64,000 nucleotides of DNA from Selaginella moellendorffii (lineage: Eukaryota; Plantae; Lycopodiophyta): NCBI RefSeq assembly GCF_000143415.4, contig NW_003314391.1, forward strand, positions 1 through 64,000, in the 5' to 3' direction. Both the position numbers and the translations under genes were made by a program. The notes under the pieces are model-generated. The model saw nothing but the letters and a program-made list of their open reading frames with translations. It had not been told where the DNA came from and ran no database searches. This document shows positions 24,962 to 38,805 of this stretch, piece by piece; within the stretch, counting starts at the first letter, position 1; the number at the start of each line of letters is the position of its first letter.

Positions 24962-26247
24962 CATGTGGCAAATGCTGCGTGAAGAAAGATGCCCTTTCTG
25001 GGCAAATGCTATAAGAGGCAGATGCCGAGCAGATGTATCTCAGGCTAGCGAAGGGGACAAACGAAAGCTAGCTATAAACATGACGGGATGCAAATAGATT
25101 ACTAGGCTGGTCCTGCGAAAATCAAAAACCATAATTGAAAACATTGAAAATGCAAAAAGAAAGGTTTATAATATTTTTGAATTTTAAGCAACCAAAGGAA
25201 TGTAAGTAGGGCATGTGTTTGTAAGTTAAAAAATGCCTCAACCACTTAAATTCCCAAGTAAATAAAGCTGTTTCTATTTTTGGTACAGGTAAACTTTATA
25301 GCGTGTGGGCTCATGCAATTTTGAACCCAAAAATGCACCAAAAAATGCTCGACTAGCATTATTCTTTGAATGGCGTGTGGCCTTATATTGCCATAAATGG
25401 ACGTACACACACAGCATAATTATTCCTTTACACGGCGAATAATCTTGGCGTGGATCGCTGACATGGCATGGCAAAGTTCGAATCACTGACATGGCACAGC
25501 TGGATCGAGGCAAGGACATGATGTGACAAAGTTCAACCTCTGACAGCAAAGTCTAGAAGCTACTCAGTTTGAAATTTGTCAGAGGAATCATAAGATCTGG
25601 TTTGTCAGAGGATTTGATGTGACGTTCAAGCGTGTGTTATTTTTGAATTCTCGAACTCATTCCTAGGTCTATCATTTTTGTGCGCCGTGTTCTTGGTTCC
25701 GCTGAGCACAGTGAGCGCTGCTTGTGTAAGCGGCGTTGTGAGCTGTGGTTTATGCGTCTACAAGCGGTTGCGGCATTGCGAGCGCCATTGCGAGCGGCAG
25801 TTTATGCGAGTGGCAGTTTGTGTGAGCGGCGCTACGAGCAGTTGCGGTGTTGCGAGCGGCGCTACGAGTAGTTGCGGTGTTGCGAGCAGCACTGTCTTTG
25901 GTGTGGCTACCGCTTCCTCTTGATATTCGGCACTTGTGCTTCCTGGTATGTTCACCATGGAATGGTTTAGGACCACATTTAGAAATGGCATGAGGCCACA
26001 TGCCATCTTGGGCCCTTGCAATTTCATGGCTAGCGTATTGTCATGTATGTTTTTACTTGCCTGCAGCTGTGTGTATATCAAGATGGCATGAGGCCTCATG
26101 CCAATTTTGTGAATGCGAAATTTCACGTGGGTGTCAATAGCATGTTTGAATAATGGCATGTGGCCTCATGCTATTTGGTATGTTATGATTTAGGCCATTC
26201 TCCAATCATTTTTTGTATGGTCTTAACTTCTTTTCTACACTTTCAGA

Positions 26248-29200
26248 ATGGCCTTCAGGGTTGGGGAAAAGGTTTACATTTTGAATGGTGGGAAGAGAGT
26301 TGCAAAAGGGACCCTTGTGTCTATGGATCGGAACTTTGTTATACACTGTCAAAGGCTTGGGGAAGGCAATGCTGCTGTATCAGTAGAGACTGTCTTCGAT
26401 GGGAATGTGGTCGCTATTGAACGAGGAGAGATGGTCGTCGGGGTAAATGTTGTTGTTGCCTTGAAAAATCTGCAGAAGAAAGCAGATGTTGGGGACAGCG
26501 CAAGTGCGACGCATGTTCCCTCCGTGGATCTTAAGAACCGTGCTACATGGATTCAGGCAAAGGTGTTTCTAAACAACCCCGAGGGGGAGGTGGTAGCTGA
26601 GGGCTTAGCCACAGTTGTGGATCCAAGAGATGCGGTTGCTAATCAAGAATTGGGCTGGGATGATATTGGAGTTGCGATTTTAGAGGTTGTTGACACAGAA
26701 GAAAACAGTCTGACTATTGGAAGCATTGTGCGGTGGAAATTGAGGCATTTAGTGTTTGAGAATGTGAAGGATTCACAATCAAACACCACTACAACTGATG
26801 ACAGAACATCTTTTCATGGGAAAAGAAAGTACACCTTCCTACAGTGCAGCCAAAGGGATCTGAGCAACGAACCGAAAAGGCAGAAAATGGCGATGGAGGT
26901 TCGAATGGTCTCGACAGTTGCTTGTTGCAAGAGGAGGTGCTGTCAACATGCTGATTGGGATGCTATTGAAGAGGAGGGAGCAAGATACAAGACATTGTCC
27001 TGGAAGGCAGCTCGCAATTTTGTGTATGAGGCATTACGGTCATCTGTTGATGCTTCAGAACATCAGGTGGGGGGCATGGTCTTCCAGAGGGGTTTGGTCT
27101 GCATGAAGGCATGGAGAATCATTTATGGAGTCCCTCGAAGCACATTCTACAGAATCAAAACTGAGTTCGAGGAACAAAGGGTTCAACAGGCAGTCCATGG
27201 GAACGACGATACACACAAAACCAGGGGTCATGTTGTATATGGAGAGGCAATCTTCAAGAGGTTTGTCGAGACATGTAGCGAGCAGCAACCACATAAAACC
27301 CGCCTCTTGGAAGATGGAACACGAGACACCCAACGAGTTCTCCCTTCCATGTATACCAAGGGGGCCATATTGGAAGATGTGAATCGGGAACTCCAGAGTA
27401 ATGGCTATAGGAAGCTGAGCCAATCTAGATTTAGTAGATTGTGGAGCAACAGGTTTAGGGATGTGAGTATAGGAAAGTACTCCAGCTTTTCAAAGTGTGA
27501 CGAGTGCACTACTATCAAAATGGCTTTGTCGAAGAATTCTTGCAGCGCTCAAGAGCGAGAGACGTTGGTTAGAAGGCGGCTCAACCACAACATCGAGCAG
27601 AGAAGCTGCAGGACTGCATATTATCATAACAGGATTCTCTCCATGGAGAGACCTGACTCTTACCTCTGCATCATCCACGACAAAATGGACCAGAAAAAGA
27701 CGTGCTTACCTCGACTCAATCCTGCCCCCAAGGCAATCTCTTCATCCATGCAGCTGCCTGTGTCTCTATTTGGCATAATCGCTCATGGGCATGGTGCCCA
27801 GAACTATGGGAACTTCTTTGTACCTCTATGGGGTGGCGGGGGTGCAAACATGATGATTGCGTCCCTAGCAAAACACTTAAGGTCTCTGCAAAGTGCGCAG
27901 ACTGAGCTGAACGGCCAACCCTTGCATAAGGCCCTTGTCGATCGAACCCCATACAGGGTTCAGCTGGAGGAGGAGCAAAGGCTTGCAGTATCGCGTGGGG
28001 CCCCATGCCATCCCAGTGAATATGTTGGCCGTCAGATTGTAGGGTTATCACGTGAGGCCTCATGCCATTCCGACGAGGCTGGTCGCCCGGTGAATGCACA
28101 GCCTCATCCAAACGAAGCAGAATCTCAAGGAAGTTCTTGCGGCCGATGTGGCCTTCCACCCCATCTTCTGCTCCAAACAGACAATGCTGGCAGTGAGAAC
28201 AAAAACATGTACGTCTTCGTGTACTTGGCGATGCTTGTTGCCAAAGGCATATTTGAAACGGTTACACTTGGCTTTCTCATGGTTGGGCACACTCATGAAG
28301 ACGTCGATGCCATGTTCAGTCACCTGGCAGAGTCCCTCCGGCGATCCAATGTCCTCACCCTCCCACAACTCTACGATGAATTCCAAAATTGCATCAAAGG
28401 CACTGTTGAAGCTACACTTGTGACAGAGGTTCCAGACTTTAAGGGGTTTGTAAGAGGCTACATCAGGGACGGATCCGAAACGCTGATTGGCCACTCCAAG
28501 CCTCTTCAGTTTCATTTCAGCATGCGTGACGGTGCTCCAGTGATGAGGTACAAGATGAGAGAATGGGACACAGTGTGGCTGCCAGTGGATGGCATTGAAC
28601 TCTTCAAGAGAGATCCCATAACTGGGGAACCTATGATTCCTCAGGGTTCCCCACGGCCGATGCACCCGGATGGACTCAAAGACCAGGAAAGTATAGTGGC
28701 CGGGATTAGACAGCATATTGCCTTCTGGAAGAGGGGGTTGGTGTTTGGTGGAGAATCCTATTTTAAGAGGTGCAAGCCTTTGCTCGAATACTGGGAGAAG
28801 ATTATATCTGCTATCCAAAATGGGCCGGTTGTATATGAAGAATTGGAAGAGTCCTTTTGGCCAGAACCCAGAGCACCAGATAGTAGCGGAACAATGTCCT
28901 CTGGAAATGCAGTGACAGATAACGATGTTGAGGATCACTATTGTGGGCCGAGGAACAAGAAGCCGGATTCAGCATTCAATCCAGTACAGGTCTGCAAAGG
29001 AATGGTCGTGCTTGTTAGACCCAGTAATAAAAAACAAATGATATGGGTGGGGCGCTGCATCACTGATGCAGAGGAGGACGCAGAAACTAACTCCTTCAAT
29101 GTAACTGTGGAGTGGTTCAAGCCAAGTTCCGGATATACGAAGGATTGCCTAGAAAAGAGATGGGTGCTGAATCCAAGGGATCCCAGCATGAGCATATCGG

Positions 29201-29389
29201 TGGATAATGTTGTGCATGGTTGGATGCGGAAGCAGAGTGCCACCATCACCTTGCCAGACCATGCAAGAGATGTAGCAAGAGCATTCATAACCCGGGTTCA
29301 AGGTGAGATTCATTAATATTCCTTTACTAAGTTTCTAATGTATTTTATTTCAAGGTGAACAATCCGAATCTGAATCAGAGGAGGCGTGA
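26248..29389 (+). CDS. Putative DDD transposase (Sola-like, GHTHEDxD type), ~1030 aa; exons 26248-29302 and 29355-29389
   Basis: Intact 1022-codon ORF with C-rich CCKRRC/VCMKAW, HGN, KCDEC, HDKMDQKKT (D478), LQTDNAGSENKN (D645), FLMVGHTHEDVDAMFS (D685/687). Lies between TIRs. Short terminal exon GEQSESESEEA*. Confidence 0.82.
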
Positions 29390-30620
29390 TGGCATGTGGC
29401 CCTTTGCACTAGTATATCTTAATACCGGTCTGAGAAATAGAATGGCATGTGCCCTCAGGCCTTTTACTAAATCACCTTTGAAAGAAATGCAAGCCTCTAT
29501 GTCGTAAAAAAAAGGTACTAGAGAAATTCCTTAATAATATGAATGTTATTTAGTTTCATGAAAATACACTAAGGGTCAAATGAGTTAAATGACTTCTCCA
29601 GACTAGCAATGCCTCTTGCTACACCTTCACAATTAGATTCGTTAGAAAAAGATAACATTGAATAATATCTAAATGTTCTCACCATTAAGTTATATGTTTG
29701 GCTAATAGGAATGACGTTCATCTTGGAAAGCTCACCACACGCTCAATGAACAAAAAAATAGTGTGTGCGCGCATGCCATCGCTCTTCTTTAGCTTCAGAT
29801 TCGGCTTGTTCACCTTGACAATGAGATTTATTATACAACCAGATGGACTCAGTCTGGACACAAAGTCACCGCGCTAGTCACCATGCCCTAGACATGTCTA
29901 GCCCCTGGACAAAAAACATATAATTTCACGTCATTTTCAAATACTTGAAAATTTGTACTTAGTCCCATTTTACTGAATAAATCCCACTTTAACGAAATAG
30001 AGCTTAGATGGTGATCCCACAGTCAATCGAAATATTGAGTTGGATTTGATATAGTAGAGGTGACTGTAACCATTATTACTACACACACTTGTGATAAGAG
30101 AGACCAAAGGGCAGCAGCCCACATTTTTGTATTAGTCCCTATAGGACATTAGGAATGTATATACATGTTTCATTTATAAATAAATGAAATATCTGCAATA
30201 GAAAAATGTGATATAGCATCCTAAGGCAAGCAATTCCATAGGAAGGAGAGTATTTGGATGTGGTAGAAACCTTTTTTTTTTTGCTTAACTCTAAGATTCA
30301 ATGTTTCTTTACTTGTATGAAGTGATAATTTGAAGAACAAGAGAAAAATATAGTAAAAATCCCTAATGGATTTTATTAAAGGAGATAGAAAATTCTAGAG
30401 ATTAGATAATAGCTAGATCCCACCAAATAGAAATATTTTTCTAACATAATATTAAATTTTATTCATTATTTATTATTTAGTATTCTAGTGGTTTGTATTC
30501 TATTTGGTTTGTTTAAGCAAACTTCTAGTGGAGTGGGCTGGTAGTAGATATACCTAGTATGCTCTTGAATATTCTAGGATATTCTACCATGTAAGGGTTG
30601 TTATTCATTTAAATTAATTT

Positions 30621-32788
<2,168 letters not shown>

Positions 32789-35700
32789 CTAGCAAAAGTC
32801 CCAGCTACGCTGGGAGCATTGTGTTTATTTCTGATATTTTAATATTTTCAAAGAGTTGTAAGCGTATTTGTAATTTTTAACATAATCATAATTATAAGAT
32901 ATATAGTTAAACATAACATAATATTTATATTAAAAATATCCTCTACAATTGACTCCATCAACAACAAACATCATAACATAATAAATATAATTCAGTACAT
33001 TATATTATATTTAAAATTCTGATTGTTGACTGAAGTTTTGGATATTCTACAAATGGAATTTCTCACTATGGGATACCATGGCCAGATGAGTAATTTTTTA
33101 TTAACTAATTTTTTATTTTATTTGAAATCTTATTATTTGATGATTTATTAAACTATATAATTTCTCCTCTTAATAAAGTATGTGTTACTTAGGTACACTC
33201 AATTATAATGATGTTAAAAATATATTTAATATATATTTAAAAACTCACTTAAAGTGCATACATCTTTTAAATTTAAAAAATATAAACATTGTTATGGAGT
33301 TTCTCTTTTTATCATTTCAGACTGAGAGTAATATTTAAAATAGAAAGTATTCTATTATATATCATAAACATTATTTCTGTATTTATTTTTATAAATCTAA
33401 AATAATATTATTATTTATTTATATTCATGCTTTTATATTTAAAATTAAGGCTTTATAACACTGTTATGAATGCTGAAACTTTATGATGATAAATGAATGG
33501 TAATTTTTTACTCTATACTGGGGTAGTGTAGGGTTTGATGATATATAATCTTTTCTTTATGCTAGAGCTATAATATATCAGAAAATTCATGAATGGTATA
33601 TAGATAGGTTTAATATCATATAATTAAAATTCTGTATATGGTCCATGTACTAATGTTGTCTCAATCATATTTATACCTTATTATGTTTTTCATGTATAAA
33701 TGCAATGTAGGATAAAGTGGTAGAAAATTTATGATATTATATAAATCTTAGACTACATCTTAGCCAACCATAAGTTTACTAATAAGAAAATATTTTACAC
33801 AACAAATATCTAGAACTATTCACTCCTCTATTTTAAGTTAGAAAATATCATATTTTTATAGAAATTACTTTTTTTATATTCTAATTTAGATACTTTTTTT
33901 CTTTTATTATATTTAGTACTTTTTAAAATTTATTTAAAACGATTCTTTAAAATTACATTATATTTTTTTTAGAATTATTTTTTCCATATTTGTATTTGAT
34001 ATCCTGTCCCTTCATAATATTTACATTTATGCTTTTTAGAAGTACTATCTAAAGGTTAAGGTATTATATTTTATATCATTCAGATTCTTTGTGTATATGT
34101 TTTCATATAGAGAGAATGCTAAAATGAATTAAGATTATTACCTTTATGTTTAATTTGTTTTTATATAAATTTACATTGAGGATAAAGTCTTTCAATGAAA
34201 GTTATGTTTTTATCCTGATATTATGGTATTGATGATTCATAATATTGTTTTTTTCCTAAAACCATAACATATCAGAAAATAAAAAAAAGGTCCATTGATT
34301 GCTTTATTAAAAATAAAATTTTAAGTGATGGAGAATCACATTTTTTAAGATGGTAGCCTTTTGTATTTGTCTAATATTGTCTCAATGATATTTTATGTAT
34401 CTGTTTTCCATGTATCAATGCACAAATTATTAGTGTAAATAACAGACTTATTACACATTCATCAATGAATCTACTCATATTGAGTTGTCTATTAGCTTAG
34501 ATATAGTCTCATATTTGTGCAATATCATAAAGTTATAAATCATAAGATTATGATAAAAGTATAACTTATTTACAAGATATAATAGCTGGAGCTATTCAAC
34601 TCTTCTATTTTAAGTTATAAAATATATCATTTCTATAGTCACTACTTTATTTACTTTTAACTTTATAGTATATCTTTTATTGTGTGTACTATATACCATC
34701 TTTGTAAAAAAATTATGTTTAATTTTAATAACGTAGCATTGAATTAATCAGATACTCTTTGTTCTATAAAGTTTTTATTCTATAGAAGAAAGAGTATATG
34801 ATTGATCTGATAATACATGTTTAAGCATATTGAACATATTTTTTGTTTTAAATATATCGTACATAGTAGACATAATAAAAAAATTCATCAATGAATACCA
34901 TCTTTCTACAACTAAATGTTTAAAATCATTTGAACCTAGTGCATTATATTATCTTGGATCAGTTGTCTAATTGCCTTTTATATGTATTACAATATCACTT
35001 ATGCCTCCTTGAAAATTTGTTAATTTTAACACTTCATTCTCTATTTCTTACAATATTGTGAATGCATTAGTATAGGGATTTATCTCTTTTAATAATTTAT
35101 CAAGGCCACCTATTAGTTGCTCATTGCATTTAGAATTGTGTTTGTTTTTTTATTTTTATCTCCTAATACGAGGGTTTTATCTCCAGATACGAGCAGTATC
35201 TAAAATATTTCATTGTGAATAAGCTGCATATTTTTCATTATTTGGTTTGAAACTTCCAATATTTTATATATATATAAAATTAGAGCCACCTACTGCAATG
35301 ATCAATGAGGCTCTTTCATTTAAATATATTGGATGATTATTGAAAGATCTCGATTCAACTTTTGATCTCAATTCAACTTTCGATCTTTTGAAAGATCTCG
35401 ATTCAACAATTGATCTTTATTTATATATCAATAAACGTTTTACAATTCTTTCTTTACATTTCAACTCCCTTGTTTTCCTTTTTGTTCCAACTTGTTTTCA
35501 TTCTGCAGTTGTTCTCGGCAGCCACTGAAAATGTTTTCCAGCCATAGACATAAGAGATGTCGATGTCCGGAGAATACAAAAAAGAAAAACGCAAGCAAAT
35601 GAAGTTAGTAATGGTGAAAAGGAAATAGGAACTTACTGCTGGCATTTTCTTTTAAGCCACTCGAACTTTCTTCATGCCCAAGTTGTTCTCAAGGCCGGGA

Positions 35701-35819
35701 GCACTCCTTTTCACACCACTCCTTCACAGCTTGTCGGTCTTAATGCTGCAATTTTTGACAAATCCATGGGTGTTGCAGAACCTCATCGAACCTGAACCTG
35801 ATTGGTCCTTGCTTGTTTG

Positions 35820-36205
35820 CAGCGGAGGATCTCCTTTCTAAGATGTTGGCCGTGGATCCGAAACAGAGGTCGCCCCCTGTCACACGAGATCAAATGCTTC
35901 CATTGGCTGGTATCCTCCCTTTCCCAGCATCTTGTATAAAATTGCTCCTAGCCCCCACATTTTGATGGCTGCCATGTAGAGCTCCAATCCTTGTTCTCCA
36001 CCACCTCAGCTGCCATGTACTTTGCTGTTGTGATATCTCCTAAAGGTGCTGATCACCACTTGTCATGCATGTTTAGCTTGAAAAGAATGTTGTCGAGCTC
36101 GAGATTCTGGTGAACCACGCCCCTCAAATAAATCTCTTTGAAGGTCTTTACTAGCTGCTTGATGATTCTGGCTGCTTTCTCCTCACCAATCTTCTCGCAA
36201 ATATG
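35820..36205 (-). pseudogene. Ser/Thr protein kinase fragment (CDPK/PEPCK-like)
   Basis: EKIGEEKAARIIKQLVKTFKEIYLRGVVHQNLELDNILF..., AKYMAAEVV, LLFRIHGQHLRK; degenerate with frameshifts. Confidence 0.55.
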
Positions 36206-36306
36206 CTATATTTAAAAGACCAAATAATTATGGAATAACGCCTTAAGAAGGGAAGGCAAAATTTCCACCAACGAACACAACCACTGGAGGAAAAATGCCC
36301 GTGCCC

Positions 36307-36780
36307 TATCCAAAAGGAGACTCGGACAACACCACAAAGTCAGCAAACTTTCCTGGCGTCAGCGACCCAACCAAATCCTCCAATGCAGCTGCATACACAG
36401 CCGAGGATGTGTACCTGTGAATCCAAAAACAAAAACTGCATTTCAGTTTCTCATCTGTTATCTCTTACCCTGCCACTACGTCCCATGCAGAAATCCTTTC
36501 CTCGGGATAACTCCAGCCTGAAGTGTTCTCTCCACGGCTGTGCGGATTCCTCCAAGTGGATTCACTGCTACCACCTTGAGACAAACCATTCATGTAACGC
36601 CGAAGAAAAAGTATTTGACAGGCTTACAGGCCAGTCAGATCCTAGAGCAACCACACTACCATTTCCGAGGAGGGAAATCATTGCACTTCACCAGTTTATA
36701 CCCCTCTTTGTGGCAAGCCTGTAGCTTTTGCGTTATAGAAGTGTAAAGTAGGGACCATGTATTAGCACCCACTCTGCAAA
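36307..36780 (-). pseudogene. LAF3-like amidohydrolase C-terminal fragment (intron-containing)
   Basis: GSVVALGSDWP | VVAVNPLGGIRTAV... | YTSSAVYAAALEDLVGSLTPGKFADFVVLS. Confidence 0.75.
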
Positions 36781-37087
36781 AGAGAGTCAATTAGGAAGGA
36801 TTCTAGCAGTGTATCACCTTTTCACGTCCGTGTTCACAGAAGATTATAAAGAAGGTAAACTAACAAAAAAAAGCACATTACTAAAAAACAATCTTTTGTA
36901 TTGTGTAGACAAAGAAGAAACAATTGATAATCCAGAAGAACAAAAAAAAGGTGAGGCTGTGTAATAAAGACTTTGTGAAACTTTAATAATTATAGGAAGA
37001 GCAGGTATGGATATCCATGGTTTCTTTGAACTCCTCTTTGCTCGGTTGGCCTTTACTACGGCCTTTTGGACGTCCTGTGGTTTCCTC

Positions 37088-38312
37088 CTATGATGTTTTC
37101 CTTCCTGGCATTAGAGAGTAACTGAGGATGTAAGATTGCACTGCCTGAGCAAAGCTAGGCTTGTACGAGAAGAGCAGCCCACGGAAGAGCTTCCCATCGA
37201 TGGAGGCTTCTAGTGTGTATCCGTAGTTGAATACGTCGCTTACTCTAGCCTCAAACATCTTCTCAACTAGCAGCTGAACGTGAGCTTGAAACTCTGTAGC
37301 ATGAGTTTGACAGAGAAAATTTGGAGAGGTCCAAGGTTTTCTGCAGATACCTCCCTTAGATGAAACCAAGCTCTTGTCCGCATCCCGTTGCTTGTCTAGC
37401 ACGAATGGCGTGGCATGATACTCTTGCCACCTTCTCTTAAGTTCCTTACGCATGGGTAGCTTTGGTTCTGATGGATCTTTCTCCCTCAGCATCTTTTCAC
37501 AGAAAAACGGCAACCATATTGTCAGCAGCAATATCAATAAAAGAAGAAGCCAACCTGTGTTGAGGAAATACATGTCATCCAGAGCTTCAAGCTCTTCGTT
37601 ACATCCCCCATAGAAGAATAATATGCCTTGCTCTGCGTTCACCAGCTCTTGGCATCAGCTCAGCACCAGTCGTCTTTACCTCCCGCCATGCCATTGTTTC
37701 TGGAAACACAAATGAATTCGCAAGTTTAAAACCACAATGTATGTACCTGTGTCCAGAATATGAATGTCGTATAGATAGGCATTACCACCGTTCTCACCAC
37801 CCATGACAATGCAACAGTTCTTATAGGAAGAGCAGGTAGAGGAATAGGCGAGACTCCAGTGGTAGAAATCTTCTTCCAGACAAAAGTATCTACAGGAAAT
37901 AAAAGAGTTTAGAAGAAAACCAGGAAAGATAACAGGATATTACTCGTGTTCAAAACATGGAGGTCATTGTAGTACTCCTCCTCTGAGGGATCGCTGGATT
38001 TCCCACCTCCCCCAAACACAAACAGGTTGTCACCGATGAGAAATGCGCTATGTCCTTCTCTCGGAGCAGGAACATCACCAAAAACATCGGGTTTCCCCCA
38101 GGTGTTGGTAGCTGCATCGGATGATAAGAACAAGAAAAAAAAATCGATAGAACTCGCTTACCAGTATCCAAAACAAAGAGATCGTCTAGCGGGCTGGTTC
38201 CATCGGTACCACCAAACACATAGAGCTTAGACCCGATGCCCGTGGAGCTGTGGCTGTCCCGAGGAGAAGGGTGTGTTCCTTTCATCACAGGCTTGCTCCA
38301 GATGTATGTCCC
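37088..38312 (-). pseudogene. Kelch-repeat protein fragment (intron-containing)
   Basis: WSKPVMKGTHPSPRDSHSS..LYVFGGTDG..DDLFVLDT; PAPREGHSA..LFVFGG; C-terminal FEARVSDVFNYGYTLEASIDGKLFRGLLFS; internal deletions. Confidence 0.8.
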
Positions 38313-38765
38313 TACACGATCCCACCAAAACATGATCAAAACCATATTTCCGGTTGAATAGCGAAGAGCAAGAGAGTGAAAAACCTTGATTCTAGTTGTG
38401 GTTCCAGCCTTGAGAACCTGGAACAAACAGGGACTTGAGAGACTCGAAAAAAGAATAGCGACGAGCAAGAGAGTGAAGAACCTTGATTCTAGTCGTTGAT
38501 GACAACGTGAATCCCCTCGTTGTCCGAGACGTCGTCCCTGTCGTGCGCTCCATCAGAGCCTCTTCGCCTTTCACTCCCAATCCTTGTCGCATTTCCGAGC
38601 AGAGCACGTCGATCTACCGAATGCACCTGCGCAGGCAGATGCTGGCGGATTTGTTCCCTGCATAAGTCTGGAAGGCGTCGAGCCTGTTCTCGCTGATCAT
38701 CGAGCACAACTATGGCGACACAGAGAAAGCCATGAGCCTCTCAAACCTTTGCAAATGGAGAAACA

Positions 38766-38805
<40 letters not shown>

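Larger units (their letters stand above)
20646..29779. repeat. Dispersed 22-bp palindrome ATGGCRTG-WGGCCW-CAYGCCAT (~18 copies) confined to the DNA transposon
   Basis: Clear copies start at 20937, 22234, 23508, 23568, 23645, 24442, 25985, 26083, 26153, 27990, 28047. Degenerate copies at 20646, 24363, 25298, 25370, 29389, 29442, 29758. Confidence 0.9.
20552..30004. mobile_element. Two-gene TIR DNA transposon (Sola-like DDD transposase + ParB/Srx-like protein)
   Basis: Perfect 23-bp TIRs AGCTCTATTTCGTTAAAGTGGGA (20552-20574; rc at 29982-30004) flanked by TA (20550-51, 30005-06). Excision leaving one TA restores an RT reading frame. Confidence 0.9.

Noticed and set aside
20646-29779. 22-bp palindromes as CRISPR repeats or MITEs
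   Set aside because: Spacing is irregular (tens of bp to >1.8 kb), with no uniform spacers and no TSDs.
38483-38730. GC-rich coding-like fragment in Helitron unit B
   Set aside because: Probably another captured fragment, but I cannot assign strand or family.
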